Shown here in pieces: positions 1 to 9,632 of a stretch of DNA of 64,000 bases; position 1 is the first letter of the stretch; every line of letters starts with the position of its first letter. Under the pieces are notes generated by a model, which saw only the letters and a program-made list of their open reading frames with translations, searched no databases and had not been told where the DNA came from. Source of the stretch: Patescibacteria group bacterium (GTDB lineage: Bacteria > Patescibacteriota > Patescibacteriia > UBA1558 > UBA10009); the NCBI GenBank assembly GCA_041662565.1, contig JBAZSE010000001.1, positions 65,084-129,083 of the forward strand, in the 5' to 3' direction. The position numbers and the translations under genes are program-made.

Positions 1-1152
1 GTTGGCGAGTGCAAGAAAAAAGACACCTCGGGTTTGCCAGATTTAATTATTAATACGGTCGGTTTAAATAATATCAACGTTAATGATAATGAAGATGTTA
101 CTATATTTGTTGACGTTAAAAATATCGGCCAAGGCGATAAATCCAAAGGCGGCTTTGGCGTTAGCGGCCAGCTTAACGGCAAGCACATTGGTTTTGAATT
201 TATCAAAGATAATAATGAGAGAGCACAAGTTTTACCTGCCGGTAAAACCAAAAGATTGGAGCAGATTTATACCAGAAGCGAGTGGAATAATAATATAAAA
301 TATTTAGCGCAAAAAGGTTATTTAAAAGATGGGGCAAATAAAATAACCTTAACGGTTGATGATATTTGTTCCGCTTGTATCTCGCCATCGCAAATTAACA
401 GTTATGTTGAGGAAAGCAACGAAAATAATAATTCATATACGGCTAATTTGTATTACAATTCTTTAACGGGCATAGTATCTTTATATAAACAAGATGATCA
501 GTCAAAAAATAATTTAACATGTACTACCGATTATACTCCTGTTTGCGGTACCGACGGTAAAACTTACTCCAATTCTTGCAATGCTTCGCTTAAGGGGGCT
601 AAGGTTGATTATTACGGTGAATGTAAAAAGGCCCAAACCGAAAAGCCCCTAGAACCGGTTATCGTCAATCCTGAAATCGGAGTTGCTCAACCAGTTGCCT
701 CAGAAATTACCGAGCCGACGGTTAAGCCAATTTATCAGCCAAAAACTACTACTCAAGCCAAGCCGGTTTTAGAAAGTATTAAAGGTAGAATTGTCTTACA
801 GGTAGAAAAAAACGGTGAGGCCTACTATGCATCACCTAAAACCAATAAAGTATATTACCTAAAAGACGGTAATAGCGCCTATCAAACCATGAAAGAAACC
901 GGCGCTGGTATTAACGAAGCCGATTTTATCAATTTAATGAGTTCCAATACCAAAGGCCAAGAATTAAGAAAGCGTTTTGCCGGCCAAATTGTGTTGAGAG
1001 TTAAAGCCAAAGGCGAGGCTTATTATATTAATCCGTCTAACCTAAGCGTAACTTACATGCCCGATGGTAATGCAGCGTATCAAATTATGCGCGAGCAGGG
1101 TTTAGGTATTACAGATGAAAATTTAGCTAAAGTGATTGACGTTAATAATTAA
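1..1152 (+). CDS. secreted Kazal-type inhibitor-domain protein with two C-terminal ~60-aa tandem repeats, 5'-partial
   Basis: The frame is open to the window edge, and the 'start' at 34 is a TTG. The Kazal-like Cys pattern is CTTDYTPVCGTDGKTYSNSCNASLKGAKVDYYGECKK. The upstream in-frame residues (..GECKKKD..) look like the tail of another Kazal unit. Two repeats read (GRIVLQVEKNGEAYYASPKTNKVYYLKDGNSAYQTMKETGAGI / GQIVLRVKAKGEAYYINPSNLSVTYMPDGNAAYQIMREQGLGI). Confidence 0.55.
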   Translation, partial: VGECKKKDTSGLPDLIINTVGLNNINVNDNEDVTIFVDVKNIGQGDKSKGGFGVSGQLNGKHIGFEFIKDNNERAQVLPAGKTKRLEQIYTRSEWNNNIKYLAQKGYLKDGANKITLTVDDICSACISPSQINSYVEESNENNNSYTANLYYNSLTGIVSLYKQDDQSKNNLTCTTDYTPVCGTDGKTYSNSCNASLKGAKVDYYGECKKAQTEKPLEPVIVNPEIGVAQPVASEITEPTVKPIYQPKTTTQAKPVLESIKGRIVLQVEKNGEAYYASPKTNKVYYLKDGNSAYQTMKETGAGINEADFINLMSSNTKGQELRKRFAGQIVLRVKAKGEAYYINPSNLSVTYMPDGNAAYQIMREQGLGITDENLAKVIDVNN

Positions 1153-1215
1153 TTTCTGCGTTTAGCAGATCAACTGACGGTTAAAAATTCATAAATTAAG
1201 TTAATTTAATACTAT

Positions 1216-3114
1216 ATGAATATAAAAGTTAAATTGTTAATCTTTACCGCCTTTGCCCTAATCTCTATAGTTGGTGCTAAAAGGGCTGAAGCAGTTAGTT
1301 ATTTGAACGTTGTTCAGCCGGATCATCAACCGGAAGGTGTTGCTGTAACTTCCCCGGCTGATAATATTGATTTTTTTTATTTCACTATCAGCAATACCGC
1401 TTCCAGTACCGAGGATTTAAACCTCAATCGTTTAGTGATAAATAATGCCGGTACCTCCGGCCAACAGGCCCGTGGCGTTTTTTCTTCATTATCTTTGTGC
1501 GCCACTGAAGGCGGATATTTAAGAGGTAATTGCGGCGATAATTTAATTACCAGGACATCGGTTAGAACCGGACGCGATGGGTATCTGTTTCACAATTTTA
1601 ATTACACCATACCTCAAGGTCAAACAAGATATTTTACAATCTTAGCAACTGTTAATGTAATGATCAGGGATGGCTTAACAATTAGGTTGGCTTTAAATAA
1701 TGCCAATAATTTTAGGGCGGTTGGTGTTGATACCGGAGTCAGAACTCAAGTTTTAGGTAATTTTCCGATCCAGGGTAATCTGTTTACCATTGATTCGGAA
1801 AATGGCATTAACGGTTTAGGTGGTATTTTAGCGGATTCTCTAAATAACCCGATTAGTGGCAATGTGGTTGCCGGTACGGATCAAGTGCCTGTATTGAATT
1901 TAAGATTCAGAGCTACCGATCATTCTTTTAGAATTACTAATTTGCGTTTTGCTCAATTAATCGACGGCACCACGAGGTCGGTTGATTCACTGACTCTTAG
2001 TTACTTAAATAAAGATGGAAACAGGTTAAATATAACCAGGAATTTTAATGCTAACAGCAGTACCATTAATTATGGTTTAGGTCTTAATAATGCGATTTAT
2101 GTGCCAGCCGATCAGACTGCGATTGTTAATGTTTATGCCAATTTAGGGGTTATTGGTCAAAATCCAGCGGCCGTAACCGGCGATCAGTTAAAATTCGCTT
2201 TTATTTCCAATCAGAATTTTAGCGCTCGTAATGATAATGAAAAATTAGTTAGAATTGTTGTAGCTCAAAACAATCAGGTGCCTGGAAATATAATGGTTGT
2301 TCATGGCACTTTACCGACTATTGAAGCTGATCCCGAAGCAGGAGAGGGAAATTTTGGCAATGGCCGTGTTGAATTATATCGTTTTAAAGTAACAGCGGCT
2401 GAAGGCACAAATTTAAGCTTAAAAAAACTATCGTTTAGAATTAACTTAAATGATAGTGTTTGGAATAACGCAAGTTTGACGCTAAGAAACTTTGAGATTT
2501 TAGAAGGAGATTCTTACGATAATGTTTCAGCTCTTAACCAAGCCGATACAGGTGCCAACTCATATCAAATTTATAACGGATTTGGCGCTACCGGAACCAT
2601 TGCGAACGGTAGTTGGCAGGGTGGCAGACTTAGCCATGCCAGCGGCACTTTAGCAGCGCATTATCCGCAGGGCACCAAAAATGCAATTTTGGTTTTTAAC
2701 GACGATCGGCTAATTACGGCCGGTGAAAGTAAGTACTACATTTTAAGAGCCATTGCCGCGAATGTTGACGGTGGAGCCAATAGCGATGATTCACTAAGCA
2801 CTTATATGTATGATGGTGATACGGAAATCAATGACAGTAATTTTTTAACAGCCGGTTGTTATTTCTTTCGAGCCAATTGTGGTAAAAGTAAGTATGGTTT
2901 AAACCAGGAAGCCAGAAACGACGGTAGGAATGATGTAGGGGCTTACTTTATTTGGTCTGATAATACCGGTACCGAAGGCAATGGCGCTCATCAAGATATT
3001 AATCAAACCCTTAATCAACGCAATTATTTCAACGGCCAGGAAGTTACCCCTTCGGGCGATTGGTTTAACGGTTGGAAAATTAAGACACTAAATGTTGAAA
3101 GAGTTTTTAACTAA
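1216..3114 (+). CDS. large secreted protein with an N-terminal signal peptide; paralog of the next gene
   Basis: The signal peptide is MNIKVKLLIFTAFALISIVGA. The C-terminal ~250 aa are shared with 3272..5602 (LYRFKVTA..LSLKKLSFRINLNDSV, LRNFEILEGDSY, YFIWSDNTGTEGN, DWFNGWKIKTLNV). It is Asn/Thr/Ser-rich. A rho-independent terminator follows. Confidence 0.6.
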   Translation: MNIKVKLLIFTAFALISIVGAKRAEAVSYLNVVQPDHQPEGVAVTSPADNIDFFYFTISNTASSTEDLNLNRLVINNAGTSGQQARGVFSSLSLCATEGGYLRGNCGDNLITRTSVRTGRDGYLFHNFNYTIPQGQTRYFTILATVNVMIRDGLTIRLALNNANNFRAVGVDTGVRTQVLGNFPIQGNLFTIDSENGINGLGGILADSLNNPISGNVVAGTDQVPVLNLRFRATDHSFRITNLRFAQLIDGTTRSVDSLTLSYLNKDGNRLNITRNFNANSSTINYGLGLNNAIYVPADQTAIVNVYANLGVIGQNPAAVTGDQLKFAFISNQNFSARNDNEKLVRIVVAQNNQVPGNIMVVHGTLPTIEADPEAGEGNFGNGRVELYRFKVTAAEGTNLSLKKLSFRINLNDSVWNNASLTLRNFEILEGDSYDNVSALNQADTGANSYQIYNGFGATGTIANGSWQGGRLSHASGTLAAHYPQGTKNAILVFNDDRLITAGESKYYILRAIAANVDGGANSDDSLSTYMYDGDTEINDSNFLTAGCYFFRANCGKSKYGLNQEARNDGRNDVGAYFIWSDNTGTEGNGAHQDINQTLNQRNYFNGQEVTPSGDWFNGWKIKTLNVERVFN

Positions 3115-3137
3115 AAAAAGATTTTTATCCTAAAAAA

Positions 3138-3176
3138 GTAGAGGTTGGGTAATCTCGCCTCTACTTTTTTATTTTT
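3138..3176 (+). terminator. rho-independent terminator
   Basis: GTAGAGG..13 nt..CCTCTAC hairpin followed by TTTTTTATTTTT. Confidence 0.6.
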
Positions 3177-3271
3177 CCGGATTGACTTTTAGCGAAAAGT
3201 ATGCTATTATTATAATATTGAGGCATAACTTTGGTTATGCTTTTTACTTTTAACAATTAATTTTAAACAAA

Positions 3272-5602
3272 ATGGGTAAATTTACCAAACTGTTTTTAGT
3301 AGCCATCGCTATTTGTGGTGGTTTTTTGTTGGCCAATAGTGCTAGCGCGGCCACCTTTTTAAATGTCTCTCTTAATGAGAGCCAACCGGAAAGCAGAGAT
3401 TTAAATCTTGATTATATTGGTCTTGCTCAGGAAAATGTTCCTGTTTGGGTAGCTAATATTAATTTAACTAACGCGGATAACAGCGCCGAAGCATTAAATG
3501 TCAGCACTTTATACATTAGTACCGCTACCGGCAGCAGAATCATTTTTAGCAAAATGACTTTAGTAGATGGTATTGATAATGAAAATCACGAGGGATTTGC
3601 CACTACCGAAATTAAAAGTGGCTACAAAGCTTTGGTTTTTAGAAATTTAAATATTACTTTAGGAGTTGGTGAAACTAAAGTTTTACAGGTTTGGGGTACT
3701 TTAAATGGCTCTTTGAGAAATAATTACATTAATCAATTGGGTGTTACTACCAGGGGAAGTGTAATTGCCCGCGGAGTTAATGATAGGCGTTATTCCGTTG
3801 TTTCCGGGAATTTTCCGGTGTTAGGCAACATTTTTAGATTAATTATGCCTCGTTCTTACGGCACTGTTAATTACGCTGGTAATGAGGCCGTGGTTTCTGT
3901 TTCGCGAGGAACAACTAATGTTGAGCTCGCGCATTTTAATTTTGTTAATGAAGAAAGAAGCCAGCAGGACATGAATTTAACCAGCGTTAAAGTCACTAAT
4001 TACGGCACGGCTAACAGTAATCGCACGCTTTCCAGTGTTGGCCTTTATGATGGAGATCGTTTATTAGTCAGAGGTACTCTTTCCGGTAGAACTTATACTT
4101 TTAAAAATTTTCATCATTTTATTCAACGCGGTGGTAACCATGTGTTAACGGTTAAAGGCAATATTAGCAGAAATGCCGTTGTGGATAGCACTATTATTAT
4201 GGGTATTAATGCCGTGGCTGATTTAAAAGGCGTAAATGCCAATCCCAATGGTTTTGATTTGGCAACTATTTTTAGTGGCAATTTTCCTGTTAGAGCCAAT
4301 GAATTTAGAATTTTGGGTGAGGGAAGGCTGACAGTGCAGGCGGAAAGCAATCCGGCTACAACCAATGTGGTGGCCCGTGCTGATGACGTGCCGATGCTTA
4401 ATTTAAGATTTACTGCCACTAATTCTGCTTTTAGAATCAATCATTTGCGTATTTCTCAAACTAATGATGATCTTTTTGATCGCTCTATTGCCAGCGTTAG
4501 AATTACTTACCAAAATGAAGCCGGAGAAAATTCTTTGGTTGGCACTGCTTTAAATAATGGTAATGCCGACCTTAATTTAAGTTTTGATCCGGCTTATGTT
4601 GCGGCTAATAGTTCCGCGATAATCAGGGTTTTTGCCGATTTAAACCCAATTAATCCAGATTGGGGCGCTTATACCGGTGATGCCATTCAGCTTACGTTTA
4701 AAGTTAATCAGGGTTTTGAAGCCAGAGCCGTTGGTGTTAATCTCCCGGCCATTCAAAACGTGGGCGAGCGTGATATCCCTGGAAATGATATGATTGTCCA
4801 TGGCTCTGTGCCAACTATTACAGCTGATGATGCCCAGGGTAATTTAGCTAACGGATCCGTAGATTTATACCGTTTTAGAGTTACTGCGCCGGAAGACGGG
4901 ACGGATTTGTCCTTAAAAAAATTGTCATTTAAGGTTAACTTGAATGATAGCGTTACTTTGCAAAACGCCACCGCAACCACCTTGATGTTAAGGAACTTTG
5001 AAATTTTAGAAGGCGATTCCTATAACAATGCGTCCGCTCTTACTCAAGCTGATAGGGGTAATGATTCATATCAAATATATAATGGCTACGGTGCTACCAA
5101 CACTATTGCCACGGGTTTTGCCGGGTGGCCAGTGGGCGGCAAGCTGAGCCATTCCAGTGGAACCATAGCTGCCTTTTTTCCGCCTAATGTCAACACCAGG
5201 GATGTAGTTGTGGTCTTTAATGACGATAGATTGATTAGGCAAGGCCAAAGCAAGTATTATATTTTAAGAGCTAGGGCTATGAATGTGGATACCGGTAATG
5301 GTAGTAATGATTCCATCAGCACCTATATGTTTGATGGCGATCAGAATGTTTCTGCTTATAAAGGCCTTGAGGCCAGCTGTGATTTCAATAATAACCGGGC
5401 CGCTGGTATAGGTAGTAAATACTGTTTAAGTAGTGATGGCCGAGCCAACGATACAGCAGCTTACTTTATTTGGTCCGATACTACAGGCACCGAAGGTAAT
5501 TATCAACACCAAGATATTAATGCCGATAGTAATAATAATTCCCAGGATTGGTTTAACGGTTGGAAAATTAAAACTTTAAACGTTCAAAGAACTTTGAACT
5601 AA
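3272..5602 (+). CDS. large secreted protein, paralog of 1216..3114
   Basis: The signal peptide is MGKFTKLFLVAIAICGGFLLANSASA. The conserved C-terminal module is shared with the upstream paralog (LYRFRVTAPEDGTDLSLKKLSFKVNLNDSV, YFIWSDTTGTEGN, DWFNGWKIKTLNVQRTLN). A hairpin plus T-run follows at ~5620-5657. Confidence 0.6.
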   Translation: MGKFTKLFLVAIAICGGFLLANSASAATFLNVSLNESQPESRDLNLDYIGLAQENVPVWVANINLTNADNSAEALNVSTLYISTATGSRIIFSKMTLVDGIDNENHEGFATTEIKSGYKALVFRNLNITLGVGETKVLQVWGTLNGSLRNNYINQLGVTTRGSVIARGVNDRRYSVVSGNFPVLGNIFRLIMPRSYGTVNYAGNEAVVSVSRGTTNVELAHFNFVNEERSQQDMNLTSVKVTNYGTANSNRTLSSVGLYDGDRLLVRGTLSGRTYTFKNFHHFIQRGGNHVLTVKGNISRNAVVDSTIIMGINAVADLKGVNANPNGFDLATIFSGNFPVRANEFRILGEGRLTVQAESNPATTNVVARADDVPMLNLRFTATNSAFRINHLRISQTNDDLFDRSIASVRITYQNEAGENSLVGTALNNGNADLNLSFDPAYVAANSSAIIRVFADLNPINPDWGAYTGDAIQLTFKVNQGFEARAVGVNLPAIQNVGERDIPGNDMIVHGSVPTITADDAQGNLANGSVDLYRFRVTAPEDGTDLSLKKLSFKVNLNDSVTLQNATATTLMLRNFEILEGDSYNNASALTQADRGNDSYQIYNGYGATNTIATGFAGWPVGGKLSHSSGTIAAFFPPNVNTRDVVVVFNDDRLIRQGQSKYYILRARAMNVDTGNGSNDSISTYMFDGDQNVSAYKGLEASCDFNNNRAAGIGSKYCLSSDGRANDTAAYFIWSDTTGTEGNYQHQDINADSNNNSQDWFNGWKIKTLNVQRTLN

Positions 5603-5619
5603 TAAAAGATTTATAAAAA

Positions 5620-5657
5620 AAGGGGCGATCCTGCGCAAGCATCGACGCCTCTTTTTT
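5620..5657 (+). terminator. rho-independent terminator
   Basis: AGGGGCG..CGCCTCT hairpin with one G-U pair, followed by TTTTTT. Confidence 0.5.
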
Positions 5658-5723
5658 AATTGACAAAACAATTGCCTGGATTTAAAATGAGATTGTTATT
5701 TTTACTTCTAAATTTTCCTGTTT

Positions 5724-6767
5724 ATGCCCCACTTGCTATTGGAAAAAATTAAAGAGCGCAACCGTTTGGCGGTTAAAGAGTTTTCTGCCCAGGCCGAATT
5801 ACGAAGAAAATATTTATTGGATCACCCTACTCGGTTAGCGGCTACCAAATGCATGGACGGCCGGGTAAATTTATCGGTTATTACCAATATGCCGTTTGGG
5901 GTTTTTAGGCCCTGGCGCAATATTGGGGGCATGTTTAATATTGGCTGGCTGGCTTTTAGCCAATCATTAAGGGAATGGGTTAGTAAATTTGAAGCTGAAG
6001 GCCGAGAAGGTATTATTTTTATAACTTACCATTGGTCCAACAGCGCCAAGCATTTGGGTTGCCGGGGCTTTGATTATAATTTGTCTTTATCCAAAAAAGC
6101 TATTGGCCAAATGGCCCAAAGTGTTAAAGGGGTTTTTGTTGGGCATCGTTTAACGGTTATTTTTACCGGAGTGGAAACCGATTCTGATGCCTTAATTATT
6201 CATGGCGATGATATTAAAAATGTTTTGGATATGCGAGTCGTTAAGTCAGGGGCAGAAATCAAACGACGTTTGATTAAAATGTTTCCTAAAATGACCGATT
6301 CCATGCACTCGGATTTATTAAATTTGCTAGCCGGCAATGCCCAACATATTAAGCAAGTAGCGCTTGAGGGCAGAGAATTGGTGGAGCTTAACCATTGCGA
6401 AAAGATTTTAGCTGTTGGCCAGGGTTTTGATTGGATTCATGAATCCAACGAGGCCATAATTGTGGGGCCGTTTAACCCTAATTTGGAAGAGCCGATTATT
6501 ACGGCAGTTAAATTGATTATGACAAACAGGCAGGAGGGCCGAGTTAAAAGTGATCGCGGCGTGTTGTTGGTTTGTATGCCTTGGAGCGAAAGCTGGCATA
6601 ATTACCGCGAGGTGGCTTCGGAGCGGGCCAGAGTTTTGGCCGATTTGGCCTTAACCGCCATTAAAAAACATCTGCCTCAAGAGCTGGAATTTTTTTATCC
6701 ATTGGTTGGAGTGATGCAAGAAGAATCACGGGAATTTACCGAAATTCCCTATCATCGTCCATTTTAA
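5724..6767 (+). CDS. hypothetical protein (C-x-D-x-R ... RN-GG ... H-x-x-C motifs)
   Basis: ORF of 347 aa with no confident family assignment. Motifs are KCMDGRV, FRPWRNIGG and HLGCRG. Confidence 0.45.
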   Translation: MPHLLLEKIKERNRLAVKEFSAQAELRRKYLLDHPTRLAATKCMDGRVNLSVITNMPFGVFRPWRNIGGMFNIGWLAFSQSLREWVSKFEAEGREGIIFITYHWSNSAKHLGCRGFDYNLSLSKKAIGQMAQSVKGVFVGHRLTVIFTGVETDSDALIIHGDDIKNVLDMRVVKSGAEIKRRLIKMFPKMTDSMHSDLLNLLAGNAQHIKQVALEGRELVELNHCEKILAVGQGFDWIHESNEAIIVGPFNPNLEEPIITAVKLIMTNRQEGRVKSDRGVLLVCMPWSESWHNYREVASERARVLADLALTAIKKHLPQELEFFYPLVGVMQEESREFTEIPYHRPF

Positions 6768-6781
6768 ATTAATTTAAACAA

Positions 6782-6815
6782 AAAACCCTTTGAAATATTT
6801 CAAAGGGTTTTTGTT
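6782..6815. terminator. bidirectional rho-independent terminator between convergent genes
   Basis: AAACCCTTTGAAATATTTCAAAGGGTTT is a perfect palindromic hairpin flanked by A-run and T-run. It sits between 5724..6767 (+) and pnp (-). Confidence 0.7.
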
Positions 6816-6819
6816 TTGT

Positions 6820-9048
6820 TTAACGTTTGTTAAAGCTTGGTCTTCTTGGGCCTGCTCCGGCACTCCCGCCGTGGCTGGGTCTAAAGGGAGGCCTTTCTTC
6901 AAAACCTTCCGGTTTAGGTAAAAGTTCTTTTCTGGATAAGCCAATTCTGCCTCTTTCTTTATCAACTTCCATAACTTTAACTTTAACGGTGTCGCCCACA
7001 TGCAAAACATCCGAAACCTTATCAATCCTTTTCCAATCAACGTTGGAAATGTGGATCATGCCGTCTTTACCGGGGAGTAATTCCACAATGGCGCCGATTT
7101 CATCACCGTTCATTTGGCCTTTCATAATCTGGGTTACCGTGCCTTCGTATTCTTCACCTACTTTAATTTCTTTGGTTAAATCTTCCACCCACTGCACGGC
7201 TTTTTTAGAACCCTCGGCATTGGCGGAAGTAATAAACACGGTGCCATCCTGTTCAATGTCAATTTCCACGTCGCATTCCTCAATAATTTTATTGATGATT
7301 TTTCCACCAGGCCCGATAACATCGCGGATATTATCCGGATTAATATGCAGAATAACAATCCTGGGGGCATGCGCGGAAAGTTCGGTTCTGGGCGCGGCAA
7401 TGGCATTTTTCATGACTTCTAAAATTTGCAATCTGGCAATTTTAGCTTTAGCCAATGTTTCACGGCAAATGTTTAAAGCAATGCCGCCCAATTTAATATC
7501 CAATTGAATGGCAGTAATGCCCGTTTCGGTGCCGGCTACTTTAAAGTCCATGTCAAAAGCATGATCTTCAATACCTTGGATGTCGGTTAAAATTTTGTAA
7601 TTTTTTTTGTCATTATCATCGGTTACCAAACCCATGGCAATACCGGCAACTGGAGCGATGATTGGCACGCCGGCATCCATTAAGGATAAGGTGGAACCAC
7701 AAATAGCTCCCTGGGAAGATGAGCCATTAGAGCCCAAAACCTCGGAAACAACCCTAATGGTGTAGGGGAAAGTGGCTTTATCGGGTAAAACTGCTACTAA
7801 GGCCTTTTCGGCTAAAGCGCCATGGCCAATTTCCCGCCTGCCTGGGCCTCTAGAGGGCCTAACTTCGCCTACAGAGAAGCCAGGGAAGTTATAGTGGTGC
7901 ATATAGCGTTTTTTGCCTTCTTCTTCCATACCGTCCAAATATTGCTCTGCACCGGGCCCGCCCAAGGTAACTACCGATAAAATTTGGGTTTCGCCTCTTT
8001 GGAACAAACCGGAACCGTGCACTCTTGGCAAAAACGAAACTTCTGCCGAAAGCGGGCGGATCTCATCCAGGGCCCGGCCATCAACACGCTGGTTATTTTC
8101 TAAAACCATTTTGCGGGCATTGGCGGATAAGTATTCATCCAACAAGCCCATGCCTTTAGCGCGCAAATCTTTAGAAACTTCATTATCGTTTTTAAGGGCA
8201 ATGTTAAGTTCATCTTTTAATTGCTGAAGATTTTTTTTGGTTTCTTCTTTACTTGGAGTATAAACCTTATTTAGTTTATCTAAAGTGTAGGCCTCAAATT
8301 TATTTTTAATTAATTCTTTTTCCGCTTTCATTTCGGGTGTTTCTATTTCCACTGTTTTGGGCACGCCGATTTGAGTTTGAATGTCTTTAATAAATTTAAC
8401 CACTTTGCTTAAATGTTTGTGGCCAAAATCCAAGGCATCGGCCACCACATCTTCTTTAATTTGCTTGCCTTCCAATTCAATCATTACTATTTCTTCATCA
8501 TTGCCGGTAATATACAAATCAAAGTCGCTCTTAAGCCGGGCTTCGTAAGAGCCGTTTAAGACCCATTCGCCGTTAATTTGGCCAACTCTAATAGCCGCTA
8601 CCGGTCCGCCCCAGGGAATAGGAGAAATTGAAAGGGCAATGGAGGAGGCGATTAATGAGGGTACATCAGCGTCGTTTTCGCCGTCAACAGCCAAAACAGT
8701 GACCATGACCTGAACATCTTTGCGTTCGGATTCTTTAAATAATGGTCTGATGGAACGGTCAATTACCCGGGCGGTTAGTACCGCTTCATCGGTGGCCCGA
8801 CCTTCGCGCTTAATCCAGCGCGAGCCCTTGATTTTTCCGGCCGCGTAAAGTTTTTCTTCATAATCCACCATTAAGGGGAAGTAATCAATACCATCCCTGG
8901 GATTAGAACCTACTACGGCTGTAGCCAAAACAACGGTCTCGCCGTACTGGACGGTACACGAGCCGTGGGCTTGCCCGGCTAATTTGCCGGTTTGAACTTT
9001 GAGTTGCTTGCCAGCGTACTCCAGTTCAAAATTATGAACTTCTTGCAT
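6820..9048 (-). CDS. pnp: polyribonucleotide nucleotidyltransferase (PNPase)
   Basis: Two RNase PH domains plus KH and S1 domains are recognisable (..DIQGIEDHAFDMDFKVAGT.., ..PRIVILHINPDNIRDVIGPGGK.., S1 at C-term). It lies downstream of rpsO as in the canonical operon. It has a Gly/Pro/Arg-rich C-terminal tail. Confidence 0.95.
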   Translation of the reverse strand: MQEVHNFELEYAGKQLKVQTGKLAGQAHGSCTVQYGETVVLATAVVGSNPRDGIDYFPLMVDYEEKLYAAGKIKGSRWIKREGRATDEAVLTARVIDRSIRPLFKESERKDVQVMVTVLAVDGENDADVPSLIASSIALSISPIPWGGPVAAIRVGQINGEWVLNGSYEARLKSDFDLYITGNDEEIVMIELEGKQIKEDVVADALDFGHKHLSKVVKFIKDIQTQIGVPKTVEIETPEMKAEKELIKNKFEAYTLDKLNKVYTPSKEETKKNLQQLKDELNIALKNDNEVSKDLRAKGMGLLDEYLSANARKMVLENNQRVDGRALDEIRPLSAEVSFLPRVHGSGLFQRGETQILSVVTLGGPGAEQYLDGMEEEGKKRYMHHYNFPGFSVGEVRPSRGPGRREIGHGALAEKALVAVLPDKATFPYTIRVVSEVLGSNGSSSQGAICGSTLSLMDAGVPIIAPVAGIAMGLVTDDNDKKNYKILTDIQGIEDHAFDMDFKVAGTETGITAIQLDIKLGGIALNICRETLAKAKIARLQILEVMKNAIAAPRTELSAHAPRIVILHINPDNIRDVIGPGGKIINKIIEECDVEIDIEQDGTVFITSANAEGSKKAVQWVEDLTKEIKVGEEYEGTVTQIMKGQMNGDEIGAIVELLPGKDGMIHISNVDWKRIDKVSDVLHVGDTVKVKVMEVDKERGRIGLSRKELLPKPEGFEERPPFRPSHGGSAGAGPRRPSFNKR

Positions 9049-9128
9049 GAAATTTACTTTCTTAGAGCTGGCAATCAGACTGCAGACTAGTTTTAAGGTA
9101 GTCTATGTGCCTAATTGTCAGCTGTTAA

Positions 9129-9632
9129 TTAATTTTTTATTTTCATTAAAAAACGTTTTTTGTCTTTGGAAAGATCGGTAAAGCAATCGGCCGCTTCTAC
9201 CAAGGAGTGCGAAGAGCTTTCGCCAAAAGCAATCACTTCCACTTGCAAGCCGTTGTTTTGCAGGTAATCCACCATGGGCACATAATCGCCGTCGCCGGAA
9301 ACAATAATTACCACATCCAAACGGGGTGACATGCGTATGGCATCAACCGCCAGGCCAACATCCCAATCGGCTTTTTTGGCCCCACCGGCAAAGATCTGCA
9401 GATCTTTGGTTTTAATGGTAAAGCCGGATTTTTCCAAGGCCTCAAAAAAAGGCGATTCTTCTTTATTGGGCGAAGTAATCACGTAAGCAAAAGCATTGAC
9501 TAATTTTCGTTCGGCCACCGCTTCCCGCAAAACTTCTTTAAAGTTAACGCGGGAATTGTAGATGTTTTTAGCCGAATGATACATGTTTTGCACGTCCACA
9601 AAAATGGCCACGCGCTGTTCGGGATGCTTCAT
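9129..9632 (-). CDS. NYN-domain (LabA/DUF88-like, PIN-fold) putative ribonuclease
   Basis: NYN motifs are VAIFVDVQN and VIIVSGDGDY. Its start overlaps the rpsO stop by 1 nt (TAATG), so it appears translationally coupled between rpsO and pnp. Confidence 0.7.
   Translation of the reverse strand: MKHPEQRVAIFVDVQNMYHSAKNIYNSRVNFKEVLREAVAERKLVNAFAYVITSPNKEESPFFEALEKSGFTIKTKDLQIFAGGAKKADWDVGLAVDAIRMSPRLDVVIIVSGDGDYVPMVDYLQNNGLQVEVIAFGESSSHSLVEAADCFTDLSKDKKRFLMKIKN

Noticed and set aside
83-388. small ORFs 83..298 (+) and 203..388 (-)
   Set aside because: They are nested in, or antisense to, the Kazal-domain CDS in other frames.
4123-5248. three minus-strand ORFs (4123..4440, 4753..4980, 5066..5248)
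   Set aside because: Antisense to the large secreted paralog CDS, with no RBS or terminator context.
6827-7507. 226-aa ORF on + strand
   Set aside because: It is entirely antisense to pnp. It has a low-complexity Ser/Leu/Pro composition typical of a shadow ORF.
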